Below, piece by piece: positions 37,517 to 47,686 of a stretch of 64,000 nucleotides of DNA. Origin of the DNA: an uncultured Bacteroidales bacterium (lineage in GTDB: Bacteria > Bacteroidota > Bacteroidia > Bacteroidales > UBA932); contig CAJODQ010000006.1 in the NCBI GenBank assembly GCA_905233345.1, positions 1-64,000 of the forward strand, in the 5' to 3' direction. A program made the position numbers and the translations under genes. Position 1 is the stretch's first letter. Every line of letters starts with the position of its first letter. A model generated the notes under the pieces. That model was given only the letters and a program-made list of their open reading frames with translations. It had not been told where the DNA came from and made no database searches.

Positions 37517-38752
37517 TTATTCGTCACGCATCGCGTCGACCGGTTTGATCTTCATCGCACGCATGGCCGGCGCCAGGCCCGCCAGGACCCCCAGCACACT
37601 GAGCAGCAGAGCCGCCAGGATGGCCGTCCAGAAATTGATCTGAAAGACAGGTTTGCCGGAGATCATCTCCACCACATTGAGGATCAGCACCGAGAAGACG
37701 ATACCCGCACTGCCCGCCGCGAGGGTGAGGGACACGCTCTCCCAGATGATCTGCGAGAGGATGTCGCGCGGCACAGCGCCGATGGCCCGGCGGATGCCGA
37801 TTTCCACGGTCCGCTCGCGTACCGTCACCATCATGATGTTGCTCACGCCCACAGCGCCAGCCAGCAGCGTGCCGATGCCCACCAGCCAGATCAGGAAGTT
37901 CACGCCGCGGAACAGGTTGTCCACGATGGAAAAGAGCTGCTCGGTGTTGAGCACCATCAGGGCCTGGTCGTCCGTCGGGTCGAACAGGTGTTCGCGGGCC
38001 ATGATGCTGCGGACACGCGGTTCCAGTGGTTTCATCTTGATCCCGTTTTTGCCCGTCATGCAGATCAGGTCCACGTTCTGGCCCCGCTTGTAGAGTTGAG
38101 CGGCCACCGAGAAGGGAATCATCACCGAATTGTCGGCGCTGCCGTTGATGCTCAGGTTGCCGCTGGAGAAGTCCACGCCGATCACCTGGAGGAACACCGA
38201 GCCTACGCGAATGAATTCGCCGCAGGGGTCGCCGCCCTCCGGGAAGAGGTCGTTGTAGACGCGCTTGCCGATGACACAGACCTTGCGTTCCTGCTCCACG
38301 TCCGCGTCGCTGATGGTTCGGCCGTATTTGATGAGCGGCTGCTCGATCTTGCAGTAGTCGCCGGAGATGCCTTTGACACCGGGGTTGGTGGAATTTCCTT
38401 TATAATAAGCCGTCTGACCCCAGTTGCTTACGATGGGGGCGACGACGTCGAGTTCAGGCATCAGGGCTTTCAGTCTTTCCACGTCCCGGCGGGTCAGCTG
38501 CCAGTAACGGCCTTCCTTCATGCCCTTGTAGGGTTTCGAGGTATTCGCTGAGACGAGCACCATGGTGTTGGAGGCGAAACCCTCGAAATTTTCCGAAAGC
38601 ACATGCTTGAGGCCGTTGCCGCCTCCTACCAGGAACAGCAGCATGAACAGGCCCCAGAAGATGCCGAAGCCGGTCAGGATCGTGCGGCGCTTGTTGCGGA
38701 ACAGCGAATCACCGATCTCGCGCAGGGTATCGAAGTCAAAATAGTGTCTCAT
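37517..38752 (-). CDS. ABC transporter permease, FtsX/MacB-type
   Basis: 411 aa. N-terminal TM, large periplasmic domain, C-terminal 3-TM FtsX domain. Confidence 0.85.
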   Translation of the reverse strand: MRHYFDFDTLREIGDSLFRNKRRTILTGFGIFWGLFMLLFLVGGGNGLKHVLSENFEGFASNTMVLVSANTSKPYKGMKEGRYWQLTRRDVERLKALMPELDVVAPIVSNWGQTAYYKGNSTNPGVKGISGDYCKIEQPLIKYGRTISDADVEQERKVCVIGKRVYNDLFPEGGDPCGEFIRVGSVFLQVIGVDFSSGNLSINGSADNSVMIPFSVAAQLYKRGQNVDLICMTGKNGIKMKPLEPRVRSIMAREHLFDPTDDQALMVLNTEQLFSIVDNLFRGVNFLIWLVGIGTLLAGAVGVSNIMMVTVRERTVEIGIRRAIGAVPRDILSQIIWESVSLTLAAGSAGIVFSVLILNVVEMISGKPVFQINFWTAILAALLLSVLGVLAGLAPAMRAMKIKPVDAMRDE

Positions 38753-38753
38753 C

Positions 38754-40025
38754 TTACTCGGCCCTCAGTGCTTCAATGGGTTTGACTTTGGCAGCCTGCA
38801 TGGCAGGGAAGATGCCCGCGATAGTGCCGGCCACGATCAGGACGACCGTCGCGCCGATGGCTGTGCTCAGGCCAACGGTCGGGTTGTCGAGCATCTTGAT
38901 GCTCTGGCCGAATATTTCCATCCGCGACTGCCCGACCGTCATGTCAAGGATTTGGCAGGCGATCATGCCCAGCAACATGCCGATGTAACCGAAGAAGGCG
39001 GTGATCAGCACGCTCTCCGTCACGATCAGTTTCAGGATGCTGCCCGGCTTGGCGCCGAGGGCCTTGCGGATGCCGAATTCGTGGGTCCGTTCCTTCACGG
39101 TGATCAGCATGATGTTGCTCACGCCCACGATGCCGCTCACCAATGTGAAGAGGCCGATGATCCAGAGGGCCGTCAACAGGATACTTCTGCCCTTGTTCAT
39201 CTGCAGGTTTTGCTTGAAGCGGTTCCAGATCCAGACGGCGCGGCGGTCGTCGGGAGCTGCGCGGTGGGCCGCGTTGAATGTCGTGCGGACCTCATTTTCA
39301 AAGGCGTCGCTCTCGGCTTCGGTCGTCAGCCCGTGGAACGAAAAAGTGATGTCGTCCACTTCGTCGTTCAGGCCGAAGATCGACTTGATGGTCGTATAGG
39401 GTACGTAAAGTTCACGGTCATCCTCGTTCTCCAGGCCATGGCGGACGCCAATAATGGTGAACGCCAGGTTGCCGACCTTGACTTTCTGTCCCAGCAGCTG
39501 GTCGAAGTCCGTGCCGCCGGCCAGGAAGTTCTTGGCATGCAGGTGCGTGATGATAATGACCTTTCTCTTTTCTTTAATGTCTTTGTCATTGATGAACCGG
39601 CCGGCGTCCATCTTGACGCGGTTCATCTCGATATTCTCCGGGAAGGTGCCGTTGAGCATGACGTTGGTGAAATAACGGCGGCCGTAAGTCATGGTATAGC
39701 CGCTCTTGCTGATGAAAGGCGACACCAGGTCGACGCGGTCGGCCAGGGGCCCGGTCTTCAGCAGGTCAGCATCACGATCTGTGAGCGCGATGCGTCGGCC
39801 CTGCTTGAGGCCGTCGTACGGCTTGGAGGTATATCCGCCGCCCACCATCATCGTGTTGGAGGCAAATTCGCCGCCGTCGTTGAGGAACGCATTGAGCAGG
39901 CCGTTGCCGGCGCCCAGCAGCACGATCAGCATGAAGATGCCCCATGCGACGGCCAGGCCGGTCAGACAGGTCCTCACCTTGTTGCGGCGGACGGATTCCC
40001 AAATTTCTATGAAGAGATCGTGCAT
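38754..40025 (-). CDS. ABC transporter permease, FtsX/MacB-type
   Basis: 423 aa paralog of the adjacent permease, with the same topology. Confidence 0.85.
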   Translation of the reverse strand: MHDLFIEIWESVRRNKVRTCLTGLAVAWGIFMLIVLLGAGNGLLNAFLNDGGEFASNTMMVGGGYTSKPYDGLKQGRRIALTDRDADLLKTGPLADRVDLVSPFISKSGYTMTYGRRYFTNVMLNGTFPENIEMNRVKMDAGRFINDKDIKEKRKVIIITHLHAKNFLAGGTDFDQLLGQKVKVGNLAFTIIGVRHGLENEDDRELYVPYTTIKSIFGLNDEVDDITFSFHGLTTEAESDAFENEVRTTFNAAHRAAPDDRRAVWIWNRFKQNLQMNKGRSILLTALWIIGLFTLVSGIVGVSNIMLITVKERTHEFGIRKALGAKPGSILKLIVTESVLITAFFGYIGMLLGMIACQILDMTVGQSRMEIFGQSIKMLDNPTVGLSTAIGATVVLIVAGTIAGIFPAMQAAKVKPIEALRAE

Positions 40026-40028
40026 GGT

Positions 40029-40751
40029 TTATTTCATGATGGTGGTGGTGCCGAACATCGAACTGTGGTGCTGGCGGTTGTCTTCGACGCGCTCGATCAG
40101 GCCGTCTTTGATGTGGACGATCTTGTCGGCGCAGTTGGCCACGCCGCTTTCGTGTGTGACCACAATGATGGTGACGCCGTCTTCGCGATTGAGCTTCGTG
40201 AGGAGTTCCATCACCTCGACGGAGGTCTTGGAATCGAGAGCGCCGGTCGGCTCGTCGGCCAGGATGATTTCGGGCTGGGTGATCAGCGCTCGGGCGATGG
40301 CTACGCGCTGTTTCTGGCCGCCCGACATCTCGTTGGGATAGTGCGAAGCCCAGTCGGTGAGGCCCATCTTCTCCAGATAGCCCATGGCCAGCTCGTGGCG
40401 GCGGTGGCGGTTCATGCCCTGGTAGAAGAGTGGCAGTTCCACGTTCTCGACGGCTGTCTTGAAGCCGATGAGGTTGAAGCTTTGGAACACGAAGCCGATC
40501 ATCTGGTTGCGGTAGGTGGCGCTCTCGCGCTCGCTCAGGTTCTTGATCAGGTGTCCGGCCAGGTGATACTCGCCTTCATCATAGTTATCGAGGATGCCGA
40601 GGATATTGAGCAGGGTCGATTTGCCGGAGCCGGAGGCGCCCATGATCGACACGAACTCGCCTTTCTCGATCTCGAGGTCGATGCCTTTGAGCACGTGCAG
40701 CGGCTGCCCGTTGTCATAGGTCTTGTGGATATTTTTCAGTTCGATTAACAT
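40029..40751 (-). CDS. ABC transporter ATP-binding protein (MacB/LolD-like)
   Basis: Walker A GASGSGKST, signature LSGGQKQR, Walker B ILADEPTGALD. Confidence 0.9.
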   Translation of the reverse strand: MLIELKNIHKTYDNGQPLHVLKGIDLEIEKGEFVSIMGASGSGKSTLLNILGILDNYDEGEYHLAGHLIKNLSERESATYRNQMIGFVFQSFNLIGFKTAVENVELPLFYQGMNRHRRHELAMGYLEKMGLTDWASHYPNEMSGGQKQRVAIARALITQPEIILADEPTGALDSKTSVEVMELLTKLNREDGVTIIVVTHESGVANCADKIVHIKDGLIERVEDNRQHHSSMFGTTTIMK

Positions 40752-40980
40752 AATCTATTCATTCTTCTGCTTCGGCGGGCTTCGCAGCGCTGGTATTTTG
40801 TCCCGGGACCATTTTTCTGGTCCTAGGCCAAAATACCCCGCGCTGCTTAACCTTTCATTTTACCTATTCCTTAATCGTCTTCGTTTGACGATGCAAAGAT
40901 ATATAAAAATTTTAGTACCTTGTATCACAAAGTACCAAAAATTTTAAAATATTTTTTATTCCATAGTTCTATTTGATCAA

Positions 40981-41020
40981 AAAAACGGCCCCACAGAGAA
41001 CTGTGGAGCCGGTCGTTTAT
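40981..41020 (-). terminator. putative Rho-independent terminator downstream of lepA
   Basis: Minus-strand reading ...CCACAGttctCTGTGGggccgttttttt: short stem plus a T-run, in an AT-rich 285-bp intergenic region that also carries the efflux-operon promoter. Confidence 0.45.
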
Positions 41021-41036
41021 GCCTGACGGGCAAAAA

Positions 41037-42824
41037 TCAGTCGAGCTTGAGCACCGCCATGAAGGCCGACTGCGGAACCTCCACCTGGCCGATCTGGCGC
41101 ATGCGCTTCTTGCCGGCTTTCTGCTTTTCGAGCAGCTTGCGCTTGCGGGTGATGTCGCCGCCGTAGCACTTGGCCGTCACATCCTTACGCACCTGGCGCA
41201 CGGTCTCGCGCGCGATAATCTTCGCGCCAATAGCGGCCTGGATGGCAATGTCAAACTGCTGGCGCGGGATCAGTTCCTTGAGTTTCTCGCAGATCTTGCG
41301 GCCGAAATCGTAGGCGTGGTCCTGGTGGATGAGCGTCGACAGGGCGTCGGCCGGCTCGCCGTTGAGCAGGATGTCGAGCTTCACGAGCTTGGCCGGGCGG
41401 AAGCCGATGACATGGTAGTCGAACGAGGCGTAGCCCTTCGAAATGCTCTTGAGCTTGTCGTAAAAGTCGAACACGATCTCCGACAGGGGCATCTCGTAAG
41501 TCAGCTCCACGCGGTCGGCGGTCAGGTAGTGTTCGCTCTTGAGGATACCGCGCTTGTCGAGGCAGAGTTTCATGATGGGCCCGTAGAACTCGCTCTTGCT
41601 GATGACCTGCGCCTGGATGAAAGGTTCTTCGATGTGATCAATGAGCGTGGGGGCCGGCAGGCCGGAGGGGTTGTGCACGTCAATGCACTCGCCCTGCGTC
41701 GTATAGACCTTATACGATACGTTCGGGACCGTGGTCACCACGTCCATGTCGAACTCGCGGAAGAGGCGTTCCTGCACGATCTCCATGTGGAGCAGGCCGA
41801 GGAAGCCGCAGCGGAAGCCGAAGCCCAGTGCCAGCGAACTTTCCGGCTCGAATACCAGCGAGGCGTCGTTGAGCTGGAACTTCTCGAGCGATGCGCGCAG
41901 GTCCTCGTACTGGTCGGCCGTCACGGGGAACATGCCCGCGTAGAGCATGGGCTTGACGTCTTCGAAACCGGCGATGGCCGTCTCGCACGGGCGCGCGACA
42001 TGGGTAATGGTATCGCCCACCTTCACCTCAACGGCGGTCTTGATGCCCGAGATGATGTAGCCCACCGAGCCGCAGGGGATCTCGCCCGTAGGGCAGAGCT
42101 TCATCTTCAGTACACCCACCTCGTCGGCAGTGTACTCCTTACCCGTGTTGACGAACTTCACACGATCGCCTGTGCGGATGGAGCCGTTCTCCACCTTGAA
42201 GTAGGCAATGATGCCGCGGAACGAGTTGAACACCGAGTCGAAGATCAGGGCCTGCAGCGGGGCCTCCGGGTCGCCCTTGGGCGCAGGGATGCGGTCAACG
42301 ATGGCATCGAGGATTGCTTCGACGCCCTCTCCGGTGCGGGCCGAGGCCAGTAGCACGTCGTCGGGCTCGCAGCCCAGCAGGTCCACCACCTGGTCGCGCA
42401 CTACGTCGACCATGGCGGCTTCCATGTCGATCTTGTTGAGCACGGGCACGATCTCCAGGTCGTGCTCGATGGCCAAGTAGAGGTTCGAGATGGTCTGGGC
42501 CTGGATGCCCTGCGTGGCGTCGACCACCAGCAGCGCCCCTTCGCAGGAGGCGATGGCGCGCGACACTTCGTAGGAGAAGTCCACGTGGCCGGGCGTATCG
42601 ATCAGGTTGAAGATATATTTTTCACCGCCGCGGACATATTCCATCTGGATGGGATGGCTCTTGATGGTAATACCTTTTTCTTTCTCCAGATCCATGGAGT
42701 CGAGCACCTGGTTTTCCATTTCCCGTTGGTCGAGCGTATGCGTGCGCTCGAGCATGCGGTCGGCGAGGGTGCTCTTGCCGTGGTCAATGTGGGCGATGAT
42801 GCAGAAGTTGCGGATATTCTTCAT
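41037..42824 (-). CDS. lepA: translation elongation factor 4
   Basis: 595 aa. [26 protein letters not shown] and the LepA-specific C-terminal domain. Confidence 0.92.
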   Translation of the reverse strand: MKNIRNFCIIAHIDHGKSTLADRMLERTHTLDQREMENQVLDSMDLEKEKGITIKSHPIQMEYVRGGEKYIFNLIDTPGHVDFSYEVSRAIASCEGALLVVDATQGIQAQTISNLYLAIEHDLEIVPVLNKIDMEAAMVDVVRDQVVDLLGCEPDDVLLASARTGEGVEAILDAIVDRIPAPKGDPEAPLQALIFDSVFNSFRGIIAYFKVENGSIRTGDRVKFVNTGKEYTADEVGVLKMKLCPTGEIPCGSVGYIISGIKTAVEVKVGDTITHVARPCETAIAGFEDVKPMLYAGMFPVTADQYEDLRASLEKFQLNDASLVFEPESSLALGFGFRCGFLGLLHMEIVQERLFREFDMDVVTTVPNVSYKVYTTQGECIDVHNPSGLPAPTLIDHIEEPFIQAQVISKSEFYGPIMKLCLDKRGILKSEHYLTADRVELTYEMPLSEIVFDFYDKLKSISKGYASFDYHVIGFRPAKLVKLDILLNGEPADALSTLIHQDHAYDFGRKICEKLKELIPRQQFDIAIQAAIGAKIIARETVRQVRKDVTAKCYGGDITRKRKLLEKQKAGKKRMRQIGQVEVPQSAFMAVLKLD

Positions 42825-42842
42825 GGTGCTGCAAAGATAGAC

Positions 42843-42872
42843 AAAAAAAGCGGCTTTTCAGCCGCTTCCGTC
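42843..42872 (-). terminator. Rho-independent terminator after the ECF sigma / anti-sigma / LTXXQ operon
   Basis: Minus-strand reading AGCGGCTgaaaAGCCGCTttttttt, preceded by a second hairpin ATTCCCGG...CCGGGAAT. A lepA -7 box TATCTTTG follows. Confidence 0.55.
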
Positions 42873-42894
42873 ATTCCCGGCTTGACCGGGAATC

Positions 42895-43416
42895 TCATTT
42901 CTTGTCCCTGCCTTCCTTCGGGGCCGGGCCCTGGGGAGGACGCTGGCCGTTTCCGTTGTGCTTGCGCAGGTTGTTGATCATGCGCTGCTGGAAGGCCTCT
43001 TCGGCCTGGTACAGCTTGGCCACCTTGCGAATGGGCAGCACCTTCTTGAATTTGGGATACCAGTCGGACATCACCTGGTTGGAGGCCTTGTTCGCCTGGA
43101 TGTAGGCGTCGACTTTCTTCTCCAGTTCGGCATCGGAGAGTTCGTCCGCTTTCGAACCGCGGAATTCGCCGAAGGCATCCATCATCGCCTTGTGGGAAAC
43201 CATGGCTTCTTTCCAGCATTGGTTGTACACCGGCCAGAACACCTGGGCCTCCTCGGGCGACAGGTCGAGTTCCTGGGTGATGAACGCGATCTTCTCGGAC
43301 TGAATGCGCTCGAAATCTTTCTTGCGCTGCTCTTCGCTCGGTTTCTGGCCCTGCGGCTGGGCGAAGAGGGTAACCGCCAGGAAAAGGCAGGCGGCGAAAC
43401 TAATGAATCGTTTCAT
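42895..43416 (-). CDS. periplasmic LTXXQ-motif / Spy-CpxP-like protein
   Basis: 173 aa with a signal peptide. Helical and lysine-rich, with spaced Gln/Glu motifs. Last gene of the ECF sigma operon. Confidence 0.55.
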   Translation of the reverse strand: MKRFISFAACLFLAVTLFAQPQGQKPSEEQRKKDFERIQSEKIAFITQELDLSPEEAQVFWPVYNQCWKEAMVSHKAMMDAFGEFRGSKADELSDAELEKKVDAYIQANKASNQVMSDWYPKFKKVLPIRKVAKLYQAEEAFQQRMINNLRKHNGNGQRPPQGPAPKEGRDKK

Positions 43417-43418
43417 GA

Positions 43419-43859
43419 CTAATAGGCTTGTGCGTAAATCTCGGCCAACTCGGAGAAGCTCAGCTCGGAAGCCAGATAGTCCAGGATGGCATCTTCGTCG
43501 AGCTCCGGCTCCTCGGTCGGCCCGGTTTGATAGTAATTGATGAGCGAAGCGGGACGGATCATCTCTTCCTCAGCCGTGGCGTACGAAGCGGACGCGTCGG
43601 TACCAGGTTTGTTCCCCATCGTACGGGTGAGGGATAGCACACCGTAGCCCATGCCGAAAATCAGGGCGAACATCGCGGCGAGGGTCAGCGCCGGCTTCAG
43701 GATCGTCCAGAAACGGACGGTCCGGGAAGCTGCTGGCTTCTCTTCGGCGGCGATGCGGGCCATCAGGCGATCCTCGAAACTGTCGAGGTAACCTTCCGGC
43801 ATCCGGAACGGATTCTCCCGGGCTTCAGGGCTGCTGAGTATGTCTTTCTGTTCGTTCAT
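43419..43859 (-). CDS. putative anti-sigma factor (single TM helix)
   Basis: 146 aa. Central TM helix ILKPALTLAAMFALIFGMGYGVL. Immediately downstream of the ECF sigma factor gene. Confidence 0.55.
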   Translation of the reverse strand: MNEQKDILSSPEARENPFRMPEGYLDSFEDRLMARIAAEEKPAASRTVRFWTILKPALTLAAMFALIFGMGYGVLSLTRTMGNKPGTDASASYATAEEEMIRPASLINYYQTGPTEEPELDEDAILDYLASELSFSELAEIYAQAY

Positions 43860-43891
43860 ACGGTCCTTAGACTATCCAATGGTTCAGAAGT

Positions 43892-44431
43892 TTAAAATTT
43901 CTCATCAATTTCTTCTTTCATCCATGTCTTGATCTTTTCGTAGGCATGGTGATAAGATGCTTTCAGCGCGCCTTCGCTGGTTTCCAGTACATCAGCGATC
44001 TTTTCGTAGGGCATCTCCTCGAAGTAGCGGAGGTTGAACACCGCTTTCTGCTTGGGGGGAAGTTTGGCGATGGCCTTGTGCAGCGATCGCTGGAGTTGGT
44101 CGCCATCGAACCAGGGGTCGGTGGCCAGGCGGGCGGCAGCCTCCAGGTCGAGGTTCCCGCCACGGGTCTGCTGGCGCGAGAGGAAGGTTAGGCTTTCGTT
44201 GGTGGCAATGCGATAGAGCCATGTATAGAGCAGCGCGTCGCCCCGGAAACGGTCGAGCGACTGCCAGACTTTCACAAAAGTGTTCTGCAGGCAGTCGTCG
44301 GTGTCGTCATGGTCGAGCACCATGCGGCGGATGTGCCAATAAAGGCGCTCCTTGTAAGTGGACACAAGTCCACGGAACGCCTTTTCACGCTCGCCGGAAC
44401 GGTAGAGTTGCAGTATTTCGGTATCGGTCAT
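43892..44431 (-). CDS. RNA polymerase sigma-70 factor, ECF subfamily
   Basis: 179 aa. Region 2 (...YKERLYWHIRRMVLDHDDTDDCLQNTFVKVW...) and region 4 (...VFNLRYFEEMPYEKIADVLETSEGALKA...). Confidence 0.85.
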   Translation of the reverse strand: MTDTEILQLYRSGEREKAFRGLVSTYKERLYWHIRRMVLDHDDTDDCLQNTFVKVWQSLDRFRGDALLYTWLYRIATNESLTFLSRQQTRGGNLDLEAAARLATDPWFDGDQLQRSLHKAIAKLPPKQKAVFNLRYFEEMPYEKIADVLETSEGALKASYHHAYEKIKTWMKEEIDEKF

Positions 44432-45372
44432 CGCAGCGACAGCGCCGCCTCGACGATATGCCGTGCGTCAAGTCCGTAGGCAGCCATCAGCTCAGCGGGT
44501 TTACCGCTCTGGCCGAATTGGTCGTCGATGGCCACGAAACGCATCGGGGTCGGGCAGCTGGCAGCCAGCACACCTGCAATAACCTCGCCAAGACCGCCGG
44601 CGATCAGGTGTTCTTCCGCCACGACCACGCGCCCGGTCTTGCGAGCCGAAGCGATGACGGCTTCCTTGTCGAGCGGCTTGATGGTCGCGATGTCGATCAG
44701 GTCGACGCTGATGCCCTGGGCCTCCAACTCTTTGGCAGCCTGGATGGCTTCCCACACGAGGTGGCCGGTGGCAAAGATGGACACGTCCTTGCCGTCGTTC
44801 AGTTGAATGGCCTTGCCGATCTCGAACGGCTGGTCGGCCGGGGTGAAGTTGGGCACGCCCGGACGGCCGAAACGCAGATAGACGGGACCCTTCCAGGCCG
44901 CAGCGGCGAGGGTTGCCGCCTTCGTCTGGTTGTAGTCACAGGGGTTGATGACCACCATGCCCGGCAGCATCCGCATGATGCCGATGTCTTCGAGGGTCTG
45001 GTGGGTGGCGCCATCCTCGCCCAGCGTAATGCCGGCGTGCGAAGCGGCGATCTTCACGTTGGTCTGCGAGTAGCACACCGACTGGCGGATCTGGTCCATT
45101 ACGCGCGCGCTCGCGAAATTGGCAAAGGTGCCGATGAAGGGAATATAGCCCGCAATCGCCAGGCCGGCGGCCATGCCGACCATGTTGGCCTCGGCGATGC
45201 CCACTTCAAAGAAGCGGTCGGGGTGTTCCGCTGCAAACTGGTCCATCTTGAGCGAGCCCTTGAGGTCGGCCGTCAGGCCCACGACCATCGGGTTTCTGTT
45301 GCCCAATTCTGCCAGGGCGGCGCCAAAGCCGGAACGGGTGTCCTTTTTACCGGAATCTATATATTCTTTCAT
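44428..45372 (-). CDS. transketolase, C-terminal (pyrimidine-binding) subunit
   Basis: Start at the internal ATG (MKEYIDSGKKDTRSGFGAALAELG...). Transketolase PYR and C-terminal domains. ATGA overlap with the upstream subunit. Confidence 0.85.
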   Translation of the reverse strand: MKEYIDSGKKDTRSGFGAALAELGNRNPMVVGLTADLKGSLKMDQFAAEHPDRFFEVGIAEANMVGMAAGLAIAGYIPFIGTFANFASARVMDQIRQSVCYSQTNVKIAASHAGITLGEDGATHQTLEDIGIMRMLPGMVVINPCDYNQTKAATLAAAAWKGPVYLRFGRPGVPNFTPADQPFEIGKAIQLNDGKDVSIFATGHLVWEAIQAAKELEAQGISVDLIDIATIKPLDKEAVIASARKTGRVVVAEEHLIAGGLGEVIAGVLAASCPTPMRFVAIDDQFGQSGKPAELMAAYGLDARHIVEAALSLR

Positions 45373-46214
45373 AACGCAAAGTCTCCCATCGTTTCTTCGA
45401 GTTGTTTCATGGCTTCCGCGCACTGTTCCACGGAAGGATTCTTGCCGTGCCACTTGCAGGTGCCGGCCATGAAGTCGACGCCGTGGCCCATCTCCGTATG
45501 CCAGAGGATCATCACCGGCTTGCCTTTGCCCAGCTGGGCGCGGGCGGCCTTAAACGTCTTTTCGATATTCGTGAAGTCATGTCCGTCGCCTTCGAGGACG
45601 GTCCAGCCGAAGGCTTCCCATTTGCTGCGCAGGTCGCCCAGGCCGGCCACCTCTTCGGTCGTGCCGTCGATCTGCTGGTGGTTCCAGTCGGTCATGGCGA
45701 TCAGGTTGTCCACCTTGTGGTGCACGGCCGACATGGCGGCCTCCCAGATCTGCCCTTCTTCCGTCTCACCGTCGCCGATCAGGACATAGACGGTGCGCGG
45801 GTCGCCGCTGAGCTTTTTGCCCAGAGCGGCGCCGATGGCTACAGAAAGCCCCTGACCCAGGGAACCGGCGGCCTGGTTCACGCCCGGCAGGCCTTTTTCC
45901 ACGCAGGGATGGCCCTGCAGCCGGGTGCCGAAGCGGCGGAAGGAGGCCAGCTCGGCGACCGGGAAATAGCCGCGGCGGGCCAGCACGCTATAGAGAACCG
46001 GAGAAATGTGTCCCGCAGAAAGGAAGAACTGGTCGAGTCCCTCTCCACTGCGGCGCCACATCTCCGGAGTCACATTCATTTCTTTGAAAAACAGCTGGGT
46101 CAGGACATCGGTGGCGCTCAGCGATCCGCCCGGGTGGCCCGAAGCGGCGGCTGTAACCATGCGCACGATATCCCTCCGCACCTGCGAAGCGATCTGGGGA
46201 AGTGTATACGTCAT
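45369..46214 (-). CDS. transketolase, N-terminal (TPP-binding) subunit
   Basis: 281 aa. ...GHPGGSLSATDVLTQLFF... and the ...GDGETEEGQIWEA... TPP-binding motif. Confidence 0.85.
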   Translation of the reverse strand: MTYTLPQIASQVRRDIVRMVTAAASGHPGGSLSATDVLTQLFFKEMNVTPEMWRRSGEGLDQFFLSAGHISPVLYSVLARRGYFPVAELASFRRFGTRLQGHPCVEKGLPGVNQAAGSLGQGLSVAIGAALGKKLSGDPRTVYVLIGDGETEEGQIWEAAMSAVHHKVDNLIAMTDWNHQQIDGTTEEVAGLGDLRSKWEAFGWTVLEGDGHDFTNIEKTFKAARAQLGKGKPVMILWHTEMGHGVDFMAGTCKWHGKNPSVEQCAEAMKQLEETMGDFAL

Positions 46215-46294
46215 GGGTGAAGATTGTTTAGGTATGTGCCTTACAAAGGTAAGAAATAATTCGTATCTTCGTGATTCAAGATCGTACTCTCTCT

Positions 46295-47671
46295 ATGAAA
46301 AAAATCCTGCTGATCCTGATGGCCTTTTTGAGCCTGACGTCGGCCCTGGCCCAGCCGGCGCCGCTGCCGGAACAAGTGGTGCTCGTGCAGCGCGCCAACG
46401 TGACGGCGGTGTTCGGCGGACCGACGCAGCCGCAGGGCCGCTCCTACAACAACGCGCCCTCCTTCTTCATCTATCCGGACAGGAAGCTCGACAAGACCGG
46501 CGCCGAAGCACTGGTGGCATCCCTGGACCTGCAGGCCGTGCTGGATGTGAACTTCGGAACGGCATTCGTCATCAATCCAGTCGGCGATGCCTATGCGGCA
46601 GACAAGGACTTCGAGGTCTTCGTGGAACTGTTCAACCGCGCCCGGAGTGGCAACCTGAAAGTCATCGGCTTTGGCAATGGCGCCAGCTTCGTCAACCAGG
46701 TGCTTGCCCTGCGCGCGGCCGATCATATCGCCGGCATCGCCACGGTAGACGGCAAGCCCGCCAAACTTCCCAAAGGGTTCACATCATGGGGTGTCCCGGC
46801 CTTCGTGAGCGGGAAGAATGCCGCCAAAGTGGCGAAAGAATACGAAGCGCTGAACGCGGCCCAGGCCCCTTATGAACCGCTGTTGCAGGTGGTTGTGTCG
46901 TCCGCAAACGAGCCGGGCGCTGTGTTCGCAGAGGCCTGGGAAAAAGTTTTCTCGCGCAATTTCCGCTTCAACAACTACAAGCATACCCACTACGAAGGCG
47001 CGAAATTCGGCCAGTACGGTCCCTATGAACTCGAACCCTATGCCGAATGGGAACCCCTCGGCATTGAGCGCATCGTCGTGGAATATGGCGCCTCGTACCG
47101 GGGCCGCGATCTCAACGGCCCGAAATACCTCTGGTATGAATACTGGCCCAAAGAGCTGAAGGAAGGCGCACCGGCGCACAGCGTGCCGGTGGTCGTGCTG
47201 CTGCACGGCAATACCAACGACCCGCGCACCCAGGCCGAAACCTCGGGCTTCCTGCAGGTAGCGGGCGAAGAGCGCATCTTCCTCGTGGAGATGGAATGGC
47301 AGGGCACGCCCAACTACCAGGCCATGGGCCACGACGGCATTGAGAGCGTACTGGCCATCCTGTTTGAAAAATATCCCCAGCTCGACCCTTCGCGCGTCTA
47401 TGCGCACGGGCTTTCCGCCGGTTCGATGACCGCCACCGCACTGGGTATCAAGAAATCGCACCTGTTCGCCGCCGTGGGCGGCAATTCCGGCGCCCTGTTT
47501 ACCGGCCACTGGATCGGGCCGTTCCCGACTTTCGAAACCATCTGGGCCGAAGCGACCCAGAAACGGGGCTGCGTGGAGACGGCCTACATCTCCGTCTTCG
47601 GCACAATGGACACCACCGTTCCTTACATGACCCCCGACAACTGGCGGGGCAACAGCTACCTCAACGCCTGA
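46295..47671 (+). CDS. secreted alpha/beta-hydrolase (esterase), truncated by an in-frame TGA at 47669-47671
   Basis: Signal peptide MKKILLILMAFLSLTSALA. Nucleophile elbow GLSAGS. The frame continues without shift into the next ORF. Confidence 0.7.
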   Translation: MKKILLILMAFLSLTSALAQPAPLPEQVVLVQRANVTAVFGGPTQPQGRSYNNAPSFFIYPDRKLDKTGAEALVASLDLQAVLDVNFGTAFVINPVGDAYAADKDFEVFVELFNRARSGNLKVIGFGNGASFVNQVLALRAADHIAGIATVDGKPAKLPKGFTSWGVPAFVSGKNAAKVAKEYEALNAAQAPYEPLLQVVVSSANEPGAVFAEAWEKVFSRNFRFNNYKHTHYEGAKFGQYGPYELEPYAEWEPLGIERIVVEYGASYRGRDLNGPKYLWYEYWPKELKEGAPAHSVPVVVLLHGNTNDPRTQAETSGFLQVAGEERIFLVEMEWQGTPNYQAMGHDGIESVLAILFEKYPQLDPSRVYAHGLSAGSMTATALGIKKSHLFAAVGGNSGALFTGHWIGPFPTFETIWAEATQKRGCVETAYISVFGTMDTTVPYMTPDNWRGNSYLNA

Positions 47672-47686
47672 AATGCCTATGAACAG

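Noticed and set aside
40752-41036. 285-bp AT-rich intergenic region considered for a small ORF or sRNA
   Set aside because: No ORF longer than ~20 codons. The content is explained by the lepA terminator plus candidate -33/-7 promoter elements for the efflux operon. No conserved sRNA structure is discernible by eye.
47669-47671. In-frame TGA considered as a selenocysteine codon
   Set aside because: Alpha/beta-hydrolase esterases are not a selenoprotein family. No SECIS-like hairpin follows the TGA. No selA/selB/selD context is present in the window. A pseudogene, sequencing error or read-through is more likely.
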